Counted from the stretch's first letter, positions 12,262 to 24,984 are shown. The stretch: 56,989 bases of DNA from Tubiluchus corallicola (GCA_030141605.1 JAQGDQ010001184.1:1-56989), one strand, 5' to 3'. The notes: generated by a model not told the origin, from the letters alone. Numbers and translations: made by a program.

Positions 12262-15072
12262 CATATAATATATACTTAATATATATTAAGTATACTTTGT
12301 GTATTGAAAGAGGGAGGTGCGTTAAACCTAGAAAAATCCCGGCTGAGAATCGTATATGCTCATATCGTTTAAGAAATGAAATCGAAGACCAATCACACTC
12401 TGTTATAAAATGTCCATATTACAATGATCTTAGAGGAAAATTAAATAATCACATCAGTGTAATTACACCAGAATTTTTCCTTATGAACGATGCTGATAAA
12501 TTTTTATTCTCGATGGAAAGAAATGATTTAGAAGTAATTAAGGCATTTATTGATTATGTTGAAAAAGCGTTTTTAAGACATGATGAACAATTATGTAGTG
12601 ATCGTATCATTGAAAATGAGGCTTAATGAATGACAGTTTATTTTAAATACTAGTCAATAAACTATTCAGTAAATAACTAATATAACTAGCAGAAAGATTT
12701 AATAATATTTGTTTTATTAGTAATTGTTTTGTTTGTCTATAGTGTCACTATATTTCAAAATTGAAATTGTATATATGTCTTGTGTTTTTCTTCTATATTT
12801 TAAAATCAAAATTGTATGTATGTCATGTTTTTTCTTCTATATTTCAAAATTAAAATTGTATGTATGTCTTGTTTTTTTTCTTGTATATTTCAAAATTAAA
12901 ATTGTATATATGTCTTGTTTTTTTCTTGCATATTTCAAAATCGAAATTGTATGTATGTCTTGTTTTTTCTTGTATATTTCAAAATCGAAATTGTATGTAC
13001 GTCTTGTTTTTTTCTTGCATATTTCAAAATCGAAATTGTATGTACGTCTTGTTTTTTCTTGTATATTTCAAAATCGAAATTGTATGTACGTCTTGTTTTT
13101 TTCTTGCATATTTCAAAATCGAAATTGTATGTACGTCTTGTTTTTTCTTGTATATTTCAAAATCGAAATTGTATGTACGTCTTGTTTTTTTCTTGCATAT
13201 TTCAAAATCGAAATTGTATGTACGTCTTGTTTTTTCTTGTATATTTCAAAATCGAAATTGTATGTACGTCTTGTTTTTTTCTTGCATATTTCAAAATCGA
13301 AATTGTATGTACGTCTTGTTTTTTCTTGTATATTTCAAAATCGAAATTGTATGTACGTCTTGTTTTTTTCTTGCATATTTCAAAATCGAAATTGTATGTA
13401 CGTCTTGTTTTTTCTTGTATATTTCAAAATCGAAATTGTATGTACGTCTTGTTTTTTTCTTGCATATTTCAAAATCGAAATTGTATGTACGTCTTGTTTT
13501 TTCTTGCATATTTCAAAATCGAAATTGTATGTACGTCTTGTTTTTTCTTGCATATTTCAAAATCGAAATTGTATGTATGTCTTGTTTTTTCTTGCATATT
13601 TCAAAATCGAAATTGTATGTATGTCTTGTTTTTTCTTGGATATTTCAAAATCGAAATTGTATGTGTGTCTTGTTTTTTCTTGTATATTTCAAAATCGAAA
13701 TTGTATGTATGTCTTGTTTTTTTCTTGCATATTTCAAAATCGAAATTGTATGTATGTCTTGTTTTTTCTTGTATATTTCAAAATTAAAATTGTATATATG
13801 TCTTGTGTTTTTCTTGTATATTTTAAAATCAAAATTGTATGTATGTCTTGTTTTTTTTCTTGTATATTTTAAAATTAAAATTGTATGTACGTCTTGTTTT
13901 TATCTTGTGTATTTTAAAATCGAAATTTTATGGACGTTTTGTTTTTTCCTTGTATTGTATATATTTTTGACACTAATAAATATATAAATAAACAACTAAA
14001 TATCTTAAAAAATACATAGAATTTAAAAATACAAAGAATCAGTTAAAAAGCCAGCTATTACTACTTCAATAAATCAAGCCATCTTCTAAATATTCTACTA
14101 TAAAATTGCCCATCAGTTTGGTGTCGTCTATAATCTATTGAAACAATCATACTTATTCGAACGAAAGCTTTTTTAAATTTACTTTAAAAATCTCCTTTTT
14201 CTTTCATCGACTGCAAGAATTGTTGGCAGGTGAAACGTTTATAATTGAAATAAAAATGCGCATAATTACAAGGTAGCTGACCTACTTTGCAGCCATATTT
14301 CATTCTCTCAAAAACTGACAAATATTCAGCGGCAACAGCTAAATGAGAAAATAAAAGGTAAATTGTCCGTTTGTGGGTCAAAACCAAGACTGACATTGAT
14401 CACGTTCACGCCACTAGTTCTTCGCTGTTACATGCATTTCGCCATTCACTAGTTAGACAGACACTAGCGCCTACATTTCGCAAACGCATTGCACAAAAAA
14501 TTGGTGTTGTACCTCTCAGTTCAGGTGTGTTAGTTTGTGATGACGGTAAGGCGTGAGCGGTAAATTTAAAACTTGAATTTTTATCTTAAAACTTGCCTAG
14601 TTCTAGTACAACACACTGAATATCTTACAGCAGCACTGAACTTCAATTTTCGCTTTCAAAAAAACGTGCAACACGCTCGTGGACTATTTTTACTGTTGAG
14701 AATTATGTTAGTTTGTGATGTCATCAATAGTAGGGCTCTCTCGCCGCCGCTAATTAAGTTTCTAATCTATTATTTATATATCAGAAACGCTTTTGCAGCA
14801 TTAATTGTGTTAAAATGTATACTTTTTATACGACTTGAAAACGGGGTAGTATGTGCAAAACCATCCTGTCTTCCCTTAAAGAAAACAACGAGTCACTCAG
14901 TATGTTGGGTTTATTTTGCTGTTGCTTCCTAAACTTAAAAGAATATAACAAAGAAATTTGTAGACTTTCTATAAAGCATATATCTAAAATACACTACCAA
15001 ATAGTATGTAATACAGTATCCAAAGTGTATCATACTTACCAATGCCAGTATGCACAGAAGACCTGCCCTCAT
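419..15072 (-). CDS. Secreted ZP-domain protein (cuticlin/dusky-like), multi-exon, 3'-partial
   Basis: Manual assembly: complement(join(15040-15072,9193-9310,6282-6472,4765-4934,3226-3389,2117-2198,419-581)). All introns are GT-AG and phases match (0,1,0,2,1,2). Protein: signal peptide MRAGLLCILALVTVKLS; ZP-N VRC..PFDGMMYPVGFY..C..IPLDGCG..SNTVV..EEWD..LSC; ZP-C PQCFMQV..VGD..TNCYAHDG..LIDGKGCP..FKVFKFPD..VYFDCQCKVCDGVC. Confidence 0.9.
2117..2198 (-). CDS. ZP protein coding exon 6
   Basis: atatttcag|CT..GG|GTAATT; PLDIHVTNCYAHDGMQMGSLDLIDGKG. Confidence 0.9.
2310..2799. repeat. Compound (GTA)/(GTG)/(CAG)32 microsatellite
   Basis: Direct reading; pure CAG from 2704 to 2799. Confidence 0.98.
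3226..3389 (-). CDS. ZP protein coding exon 5
   Basis: tttatacag|G..T|GTAAGT; YLQDSIVAKEIKPQRNTPQCFMQVIRGDSSPGGSGVRRLSVGDVATLVFYVKET. Confidence 0.9.
3437..3922. mobile_element. Tc1/mariner-pogo(Tigger)-like MITE
   Basis: TA | CAG(C/T)AAGTCCTCGCTTAA ... TTAAGCGAGGACTTACTG | TA. Confidence 0.88.
4073..4615 (+). mobile_element. TTAA MITE family C (Kolobok/T2-like)
   Basis: TTAAAGGAAAC ... GTTTTCCTTTAA; homologous to 32144-32835. Confidence 0.8.
4765..4934 (-). CDS. ZP protein coding exon 4
   Basis: aatttcag|GGC..CC|GTGAGT; GVGAEAREVFSNTVVMMTDPELGIIEEWDKKFQLSCAMLMPEARSRVETVTYGYHV. Confidence 0.9.
6282..6472 (-). CDS. ZP protein coding exon 3 (start of ZP-N)
   Basis: tttattgcag|GC..GAC|GTAAAT; MAVRCFLDNNKMVMSASFTPPFDGMMYPVGFYKSQACRHRMYRESLMSMEIPLDGCGTTRYID. 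Confidence 0.9.
6565..7055 (+). mobile_element. LINE 3' fragment, same family as 12290-13990
   Basis: Shared sequence, e.g. aatttttccttatga.cgatgctgataaatttt and tgtctatagtgtca.tatatttcaaaattgaaattg. Confidence 0.8.
7460..7891 (+). mobile_element. TTAA MITE family A, 5'-truncated
   Basis: Shared core aaacaggtgctgtacc..ttatgttagtttgtgatgtcatcaa..aaaatcatcctgtctt. Confidence 0.85.
7888..8366 (-). mobile_element. TTAA MITE family B (interrupted)
   Basis: Reverse complement of the 9875 element; terminus CTTTCTTATCCTTTAA. Confidence 0.82.
8367..8927. mobile_element. piggyBac-like MITE
   Basis: TTAA | CCCTTATAG.GTCACG ... CGTGACCCTATAAGGG | TTAA; subterminal GGGG-W-rich-CCCC palindromes at both ends. 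Confidence 0.85.
9193..9310 (-). CDS. ZP protein coding exon 2
   Basis: tgttttgtag|GTA..A|GTTAGT; GC-rich island open only in the required frame; VTVKLSRQENDFFATGGRHPSTSQIFPQMGPPAHMSSIS. Confidence 0.8.
9690..9775 (-). mobile_element. tRNA-derived SINE-like head
   Basis: A box TGGTTCAACTGG and B box GGTTCAAGTCC, followed by T-rich sequence; no intact cloverleaf. Confidence 0.5.
9875..10507 (+). mobile_element. TTAA MITE family B, full length
   Basis: TTAAAGGACAAGAAAA ... TTTTCTTGTGCTTTGA imperfect TIRs. Confidence 0.85.
12290..13990 (+). mobile_element. LINE 3' fragment (Cys/His motif and 3' UTR) containing an expanded minisatellite
   Basis: LCIERGR..RIC..EIEDQSH..CPYYNDLR motif; homologous to 6565-7055. 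Confidence 0.8.
12751..13950. repeat. 44/45-bp minisatellite, ~27 units
   Basis: Unit atttcaaaatcgaaattgtatgtacgtcttg(t)6-7cttg(t/c)at; alternating 89-bp dimer in the centre. Confidence 0.97.
14370..14879 (+). mobile_element. TTAA MITE family A
   Basis: Same core; ends CCTGTCTTCCCTTAA. Confidence 0.85.
15040..15072 (-). CDS. ZP protein coding exon 1 (signal peptide)
   Basis: GAAATGAGG start, MRAGLLCILAL|GTAAGT; an upstream acceptor tttacag at 15119 implies a further 5' UTR exon. Confidence 0.75.
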
Positions 15073-16209
15073 TTCTGTAGAGTTGGTTGTTTATTGCGAG
15101 GTCATCCTGTGATTGTCACTGTAAACAAACAGAAAAAATACAAACGTAAATATTTTGGGCCCAGGGGCTTAACATTTTATAGAAACAGAAACTCAAGGCT
15201 ATTATACTGGCTTACTTCTTTTATTAGTTACCGACATAATCTAAAGATTTCTTATTTTAAAAGACAACTAAATTATCGCGAACTAAAAAATTTTAAAATC
15301 ATCATAGACGATAATTTCCAATGCAATATCCAGTTGTCATCTACAGTATAAGAGAGTTTCAGAGATCAACTAGGGTACAGTAGCTTGCTGTAATTTGAAG
15401 CTCCCAAACACTGAAGACGAATGCTGGATATTGCAATTAGTTCGTCTGTCTGTGATGTTTTTAATGATTTTAACTTTTTAACAATAAAAATTATCCTTTG
15501 CAATAGGGAACTAAAAATGTGTAAAGTTTCCACCTAAATGGCCAAAATTTATAGAAACTTCAACATCGGCTGATTCATAGTACTTGCTTAACGGAATACC
15601 AACCAAACTTAAATAGAAGAAAATTGCGACTTTTAAAAACATTTTCACAAGATTGAAGAAAACTCGTTGTAGAGTAACCACTATTTGACAATTTCATTCA
15701 ACCTAGCTGTCCTAACCAAAAACCCCTCCTTACTAAACGTAACCTGGCATACCAAAGTAAATAACCCGATAACACATTATAACCTATCTTATGTAGAATA
15801 TTGCTAGAAGGAACATCCAAAACTTTTTATTACTCCCACTTCGCGTTACAACTAAACTCATAATTCATAAAAAATTCATAATTAACCACACAAATATCAT
15901 CGATGTATCTGCAGGTATCAGAAAGTATTGTAACCAGTGCTAAAACGAAAAATACGTAAAAAAACATATATTCATAAATAGTTTAATCCTTCAAGTGCTA
16001 TGTACATTAACTGACAAAGGAAACACGTTTGTTATACAAAGCCAAGTCTCTTTGTTAGCTACAAGTTTTCTAACTAGGCGAGTCACTCCCGGTACTTTTC
16101 ACAGTAAATAGAGAAGTGAGTGTCAATTCGCGCTTACTGTCGAAGAGTAACTCGGAGCGTGTCTTGCTCTCTAGTCTCTGAACATGCTTGCGAGTTACTT
16201 GGCGAGAAA

Positions 16210-16280
16210 ACTGAAAAAAGTGACAAAAACTGAAAAAAAGTGACGCAGAAACCCCCGCCTTGCAGAGACACCTATATATT
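16210..16280 (-). promoter_or_regulatory. Possible core promoter of the ZP gene
   Basis: TATATAG at 16278-16272, then TCACTT/TCAGTT initiator-like motifs and a GTAAGC donor at 16137; TATA-Inr spacing is slightly long. Confidence 0.3.
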
Positions 16281-16489
16281 AACAAGTATATCTCTTCCTC
16301 GATTATTGCTGCTTTATTGTACCCTGTTTTATAACTTGATGTCATGTATCTCTCCTCCACTTAGTTACTGTTTTGAACAATACTGCATCTTTATTATTGT
16401 CCATTGGGACCACTCACGATAGTATAACCTACAATATTACGAAGTTACTCCAACATGTTAAAGAAAATCAGAATGCTTCATGCCCTTCC

Positions 16490-17065
16490 ATTTTAAACTA
16501 AGGTAGAAAGTATACGCCTTAAGACCTACAATAATGCCGAAGCGTTTCTGGTAATTAAATAATAGGTTAAAATCTTGATTAATGGGCAGGCGAACCCAAC
16601 TGTTGATGACATCACAAACTAACATAATTTTCGATATCAAAAATATTCCACGTGCGCGTTGCACGTTTTTGTGAAAGAGAAAATTGAAGTAGAGTGCTAC
16701 TGTAACATATTCAGTGAGTTGTACTAAAAGTAGGCAAGTTTTAAGATAAAAATTCAAATATTTACCATGGTGCTCACGCATGAGCTGTCGAACGTGTTCA
16801 GAGCTGAACACCTCTGAAAGGGGAGACACAGTACCAGTTTTTTAGCAACGCGATTCCATGATTTGGGCGTTATTGCCCGTCTAACTAGCGAATGGCGAAA
16901 TGCATGTAACAGCAAAGAGCTAGTGGCACGAACGTGAAATTGTGCTTGTGTGGTAGTAATTCTTCCATGTAAGTCATTCTTGAAGAAATGGTATGTTTCC
17001 TTTCGATTGCTTAACGAGTAGATTGTTTTGAGCCACAGTTTAAGATGGGTCCAGTTTTCCTTTAA
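16490..17065 (-). mobile_element. TTAA MITE family A
   Basis: Reverse-complement core; terminus CCAGTTTTCCTTTAA. Confidence 0.85.
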
Positions 17066-17582
17066 AAACGTATTGATTTAATCGCTGTCGAACAGCAGTC
17101 ACTGCACAACTAAATGTAAGTTTCATAGTTTAAAAAAAATGTATAGGCTGTCGACAGTGTGGAGTAGAATGCTAATAGAGTTATGAATTTATGGAAACAG
17201 TAAAAGACGTGGCACTAAATCATAGGGGCTAACAATCTCATCAAAAGTGCACGACATTTTTCCAATACTGATAATTAAAAATGTAGGTTGTTGGAATTAA
17301 AAGTGACTTTTAGACGTACAGCAGGCGTTTCGAAGCAAGTAGGTCTAACTATAATTAAGCTGACACGCCCGTTGCTAATTCAGTGTGACATTCTCAAAAG
17401 CTCGGGACAGTTTGAAGCGATAGAGATGTAATAAAGATGTCCCACTGGCTGCTATACATTTTGTTAAATTTGTTGACAACTTTCCGAAGGACGGCCTGTC
17501 AAAAAATTCGCTGCTTGTTACAAATTTCTGAAGTTTAATGTGTAAGAAATTTGAAATCATTTGTTGTACATTTGAGAGAAAT

Positions 17583-17890
17583 TTAAAAGAAAACCGGACC
17601 CAATCTTAAACTGTGGGTCAAAGCAATCTACTCTTTAAAATATTGAAAAGAAAGGTACTATTCAAAAATGACTTACGTGAAAGAATTACGTTTGACTTAC
17701 CACACAAACACAATTTCACGTTCGCGCCACTAGTTCTTCGCTGTTACACGCATTTCGTCATTCGCTAGTTAGACGGGCACAAACACCTGCATTTCGGAAA
17801 CGCATTGCACAGAAAAAAACAGGTGCTGTACCTCTCAGTTCAGATGTGTTTATTTATAACGAACTGCACACGTTCGACAGCTCATGTTTA
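17583..17890 (+). mobile_element. TTAA MITE family A, 5' half
   Basis: TTAAAAGAAAACCGGACCCAATCTTAAACTGTGG start. Confidence 0.85.
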
Positions 17891-18674
17891 AGCTGATAAG
17901 TTCTCGTTCGTAACTGTTTTATCGATTTTTTTCCATATGCCAAACTTTCTTGGCTAAAACATTGCCTATAGTCGTCACAAAAGACGAAAATTACAAAACA
18001 GATTTCACAAAATATCCATATTTCGGTTTGTATGAGCAAAATAAGTGACTACTCGGTTTCCTGACACTTGAGTAAGACATGGAAGCATCCAAGTACTTGA
18101 CGTGTAGTCTGGCCCATGTATGAATAGCCACATCCGCGACAAAAAAAAAACTTCAAAAAAATGTTCGATAAGATTATCAATTCACATTTCAATTTTCAGT
18201 TAAAAACCGGACGTTTTTTGCATACAATGACATGTCATTCTTGAAAAAACTTAAATTTTTATATGACGTCATATCTTATTTGATTTAAACTATAATAAAG
18301 ATATTAATATGGCACAGTTTTGAGATACCTCAAGGAGACAATAATTACTATATAACACAGGTGGGTAAACATAAACAATTATCGCAAGCTTGTAAGATCT
18401 ATTCGCTCTGGTTACGTTAAATTTCACACTACCAACACCCTGTAATTACGCGAAAGTGAAACTATCGCGCGTGTAGCGCCCCTAGCGGTATAATTTCCTC
18501 TTGTAAAGGTACAGTTCACTGATAATCTCAGTTCTGAAGATGATGTCGTAATCTAATAGAATGCGTCACAAAATTGTTCAAGTGCAATTAATGCGACCCA
18601 AAATTTTCATTTCAACTATTTCTGTAGATAATATCGCACGAAAAGCTGAGTTTTTTTCATATTTAGCACGTCAG

Positions 18675-19830
18675 TCTGTAGTACTCATTGATACATACTT
18701 ATAATTCCAGTAATTTTTACATATCTAGCGTTACATACATAGTCTCTAGTACTCAATGTTACATACTTATAATTTAGTAATTTTTACATACCTAGTGTTA
18801 CATACATAGTCTGTAGTACTCAATGTTACATACTTATAATTTAGTAATTTTTGCGTACGTAGTCTGTAGTACTCAATGTTATATACTTATAATTTTAGTA
18901 ATTTTCACATACCTAGTGTTACATACATAGTCTGTAGTACTCAATGTTATATACTTATAATTTTAGTCATTTTTACATACTTAGTGTTACATACATGGCC
19001 TATAGTACTGAATGTTACATACTTATAATTTAGTAATTTTTACATACCTAGTGTTACATACATAATCTGTATTACTCAATGTTACATACTTATAATTTAG
19101 TAATTTTTACATACCTAGCGTTACATACATAGTCTCTAGTACTCAATGTTACATACTTATAATTTAGTAATTTTTACATACCTAGTGTTACATACATAAT
19201 CTGTATTACTAAAAGTTGCATACTTATAATTTAGTAATTTTTACATACCTAGCGTTACATACATAGTCTCTAGTACTCAATGTTACATACTTATAATTTA
19301 GTAATTTTTACATACCTAGTGTTACATACATAGTCTGAAGTACTCAATGTTACATACTTATAATTTAGTAATTTTTGCGTACGTAGTCTGTAGTACTCAA
19401 TGTTATATACTTATAATTTTAGTAATTTTCACATACCTAGTGTTACATACATAGTCTGTAGTACTCAATGTTATATACTTATAATTGTAGTCATTTTTAC
19501 ATACCTAGTGTTACACACATGGCCTATGGTACTGAATGTTACATACTTATAATTTAGTAATTTTTACATACCTAGTGTTACTTACATCATTTGTAGTACT
19601 CAAAGTTACATACTTATAATTTTAGTAAATTATGCATACCTAGTGTTACACACATAGTCTGTAGTAGTCAATGTTATATACTTATAATTTTAGTAATTTT
19701 TACATACCTAGTGTTACATACATAGTCTGTAGTACTCAATGTTACATACTTGTAATTTAGTAATTTTTACATACATGCACTATAGTACTGAATGTTACAT
19801 ACTTATAATTTCGTAATTTTACATACATTG
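18675..19830. repeat. 67/68-bp minisatellite with ~525-bp higher-order duplication
   Basis: Unit tagtctgtagtactcaatgttacatacttataatttagtaatttttacatacctagtgttacataca. Confidence 0.95.
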
Positions 19831-20489
19831 TGTTTTGCGTAAACACTTCGAATGCTTTTGTATATTAGTAACTATGTAATCCCACTTATTCAAATCAAAT
19901 CCTGATATAGTTCTTTAGATTTGTTTATAAAAATTTGCACGCTGTAAGCTGATATCTAGCACTCACATTGACCCTGGTGCCGGTATCGGAACCTAAAATT
20001 CTTATTATCAAAGCCATTAATCTGAGACGATGCCCGAATCAATGAGATCAGTATGTCGGGTGAAACCACTCAAAAGCGGCTTTTCCTGCAATCATCCATC
20101 CCTTTATTAACTCATCTCAGAGCTGTTTAACTTCAGTTACTAAACACGCTGAAACATTGTTGCTATAAAAGCTGCTTCTATGTGTGGAGTCTGATTTTCA
20201 TTTTAGCAAAAAACCGTCATCAGACGTCACAAGTGATGCTAAACGTTAAAGCAAAATGTTAGTTATGTTAATGGATGCTGCGTCAGATGTATTCGGTAAA
20301 TTTTAACTGTTAATTACACGTATTGGATCACGTGACGCTCTAGAAACTCTGATAGATGGGTAGCGGTACTTAAAATTGAGTCCAACCCAGTTCTTGTTAA
20401 AAGCGTAGCAGTTTTATAATTTGTGAGTGGATGATCTCTGGCTAATTAAAAACATCGTCTGATTAGTTAGTTAAGAAAAACTGCTGCAT

Positions 20490-21460
<971 letters not shown>

Positions 21461-21755
21461 AAACTATTTTGATGATACGGTTAATTCAATAATGGTTGTG
21501 TATTAACTGCTTGCCTGCGCTTGAAACGTGATATACTTTTATACTTTTAAACTGTTTACACCTTACACTGCTTTTGCAATCTTGTTCCCAAGAAAATAAA
21601 ATTTTATGCAAACATCAAATTAATTTTATAGAATAACAGTAACAATTTTATATCACACATGTTCAAACATGACCCACTTGTTTGTACAAATCGAACAACA
21701 AACAAACCCTGTGGTTACATTACATAAGAGGTTAAACAGAAGAGAGAAAATGCGA

Positions 21756-22225
21756 TTAAAGGAAGACTGGGTGATTTTTCATTTACTCCCATTTTCAAAA
21801 ACGGCAAAAAAGTATACATTTTAACACAATTAATACTGAAAAAGTGTTTCTGATAATTCAATAATAGATTAAAATCTTGATTGGCGGCGGCCGAGAAAAA
21901 AATATTGATGACATCACAAACCAACATAATTTTCAACAGCAGAAACATTCCACGAGCGTGTTGCACGTGTTTTTGAAAATTGAAGTACAGTGCTGCTGTA
22001 AGGTATTCAGTGTGTTGTAATAAAACTACGCAAGTTTTAAAATAAAAATTCAAATATCAAATTTACCGCTGTGCTCACGCATGAGCTGCCGAACGTGTGT
22101 AGTTCGTCACAAACAAACGCATCTGAGCTAAGAGGTACAGCTCCTGTTTTGCGCAATGCGTTTCTGTAATGCAGGCGCTAGTGCCTGTTTAACTAGCGAT
22201 TAGTGAAAAGCATGTAATAGTGGAG
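21756..22225 (-). mobile_element. TTAA MITE family A, partial
   Basis: TTAAAGGAAGACTGGGTGATTTT terminus plus core. Confidence 0.85.
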
Positions 22226-22849
22226 ATGAATTGTCCTCTTTTTGCTTTAAACAAGGTAAGCAATTATTAAGCTTTATAATGATAAATATGATTATAATTA
22301 TTCCATTCAAGCGTGTTTTTTTTTGCTTCACTTCTGCTTGCTGCAGTTTCCTGAAATTACTTGCAATAAAGACTTCTTATACTGTACCGAATTCAATACA
22401 ACAATATGACATTTTTATAGTTTTATTACTACACAGTATATCTATAAGCTTACATCGTAGTCTGCATTTACAACGTTTCAAACTAGAGCAAAGTGAGTTA
22501 CTTAAGACGGTGCAAAACTGCCAAGCTTGAATTTATTACTGGGTTAGGCCTGTATGAAACTTAGTTATTTCAATTGTCCTTGGGTTTCAAGGTAGCTAAA
22601 TTAGCATTTGCTACAGTTACCACGGCTACGCAGTGTTGAACTTAATTATCTTTGTTACAGAATTTCTAACCACCCCCTAAAGACTGAAATTAGAAAGATT
22701 TTTTTAGTTTTGTTTGAAATATTGTATCTCCATTTTAATTCTAAATTCCATGCAGTTACAGTAACTAAAGGCAGACAACTACAGTAACTAGCAGTAACTA
22801 CAGTAACTACAGGTAACTGAAATAACTTCAATTATTTTATGCTTACGTT

Positions 22850-23140
22850 ACAAGCATATTTATGTACAACAGTGAAACTTGGGGTTTAACGATTACTCAA
22901 GAAAAGCAGATTGATACATTTCATAGAAGTCTCTTAAGAAAGTTTTAAAAATAAGATGGCCATACGTAATCAAAAATTAAGATTTATACTCCAGAACAAA
23001 AGAAACTTCTTGGAGTTCAAAAGTCAAGATCCGAAGATTAAGATGGCTAGGACATCTTCTAAGATTACCAAATGGAGCACCAGTAAAAATCCCCTTAAAG
23101 GAAGCCTTAAAACCTTGCAAAAAACCATCTGATAAACCAA
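22850..23140 (+). mobile_element. RTE-clade LINE 3' ORF fragment
   Basis: Manual translation FMYNSETWG..KIRWPYVIKN..RRLRWLGHLLRLP. Confidence 0.8.
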
Positions 23141-23209
23141 AAACCAAAAGCTAAAAATATCACAGTTTTCTGAAAATTTATCAAAATTCTTGTAATATAG
23201 CAATTAATA

Positions 23210-23460
23210 AATAAAAGCAAATAAATAAGCAAACATGAAAACAAACAGACAAACAAACAAACACACAAACAAGCAAATATTCAAACAAGCAGACAGACAG
23301 ACAGACAAACGCTGTTAAAAATTTCATAGTTGTGTGAAAATTTATCTAAATCTCATATAAAAAACAGCAATCAATCAACAAAAACAAGCAAACAAGCAAA
23401 TGCAGTCAAACAGGCAGACAGACAAACACACAAACAAACGTCAAGAAAACAAACAAACAA
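23210..23460. repeat. Degenerate (AAAC)n low-complexity tract
   Basis: Direct reading. Confidence 0.85.
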
Positions 23461-23919
23461 TAATTTAATGTAAAAAAAACTTACGCATTTTCTCCATATT
23501 AATAAAATGTAATTGAAATTCTTCACACAATCATTATTTCAAATGACTAAAAATATTTATCACACAAACGCCGTCTTCCTTTTTCGTACGTAAATCACTT
23601 TCACTCTCCGTCACTCTGTGTCTCTCTCTCTCTCTCTCTCTGTCAATTTCACAAGTGAAAGCTAGCATATCTCACCTGCGGTTTATTCACAGTGAATTGA
23701 CAATCTAAAACCAGTCAATTAGCTAGCTTATGTTAGAAAATTCAGAAAACAGTGATATTCAAGGTGAGCTGGCCTACTAGCCTAGAACTGATCAACGCGC
23801 TTTCGTGCCTTTGTTGTGTAGAGTATAATAGGTAAGATATGTTACATTTTATTTACTCAAGCATAAAAACTATATATTATACGCATTTGAAGCGAGAACT
23901 GGGAAACAGACGGTTTTAG

Positions 23920-24575
23920 TTTATTTGTTTGTTTGTCTGTTCGTTCGTTCGTTTGTTCTTTCGTTTGTTTGTGTGTATGTCTGCATGATTGTCTGTTTAT
24001 TTGTTTGTCAGTTTGTGTGTGTGTTTGTTTGTTTGCGCGTCTGTATGGTTATTTGTTTGTTTGTATGTGCGTCTGTACGTTTGTTTATTTGTTTGTTTGT
24101 TTGTATGTGTGTTTGTTTGTTTGTGCGTCTGTATGTTTGTTTATTTGTTTGTTTGTATGTGCATCTGTATGTTTGTTTATTTGTTTGTATGGATGTGTGT
24201 TTGTTTGTTTGTATGTTTATTTGTTTGTGTGTTTTGTTTGCTTCTTTGTATGTCTGCTAGTTTGCTTACTTGCTTACTGTATGTTTGTTTTGTTTTCTCG
24301 CTTGTCTGTATTCTTGCTGTCTGCATGCCTGTTTGTTTTTCTAGTTTGCTCGTTACTTAATAGGTTGTTCCTTTGATTGGTTAGTTGAACGTTTAGTTGG
24401 ATGACTGATTCATTGTTCTATAAGACGGATGGTAGTTGGTTGGTTGGTTCGTTCGTTTGTAGATTGATTGGTTGATTGGTCACTAGGTCGGTTGGTAGTT
24501 TATTGGTTGGATGGTTTGTTCGTTGGTTAGTCTGTCGATCAGTCAGTCTGTGGGCCTGCCTGATTGTTTGTTTGC
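23920..24575. repeat. Degenerate (TTTG)n/(TTGG)n tract
   Basis: Direct reading. Confidence 0.9.
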
Positions 24576-24984
24576 AGTATGACTTAGACTTGAGGGACGT
24601 TTTGGTTGTTATTAGTGCAGTTACTTTCGTATTGTAGCTGTCGCCACCCTTATTGCTGATGATGTGGGACTAGTTCTCTGCTTTAACGCAATTGATGAAA
24701 TAGTTAAAGTTAGTGTCAAAATACTTCTATACCTATCTTTCTAAATATATTTTATTTGGTAGCAAATATTTTACACTAATTACATATATTGAAAGTTGGG
24801 CTCTTTTCTATCATCAAAAACGGTCAAAAATGAAGCAGCTTCAAAGATGAAGCTAAATTATCTGACAGTAAAAAAACTTCAGTTGACGAAAACGAGGAAT
24901 GTTACAACACCAGGATTGTTTCACACATTTGTGGAATACAGATGCCTTTTTACATTTGCACATTTTCTTCTAGAAATTACCAAG

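Noticed and set aside
12724-13987. 290-382 aa hydrophobic ORFs in all three plus frames
   Set aside because: Stop-free minisatellite; the same peptides cycle through frames
14573-14932. Recurrent small-protein family MNFYLKTCLVLVQH (also 7682, 16458, 21715, 37744, 54304)
   Set aside because: Chance frame within MITE family A; non-ATG starts, variable ends, frameshifts between copies
18472-18488. CTCF-like site CCGCTAGGGGCGCTA (minus)
   Set aside because: One G short of the consensus spacing; a single unsupported motif
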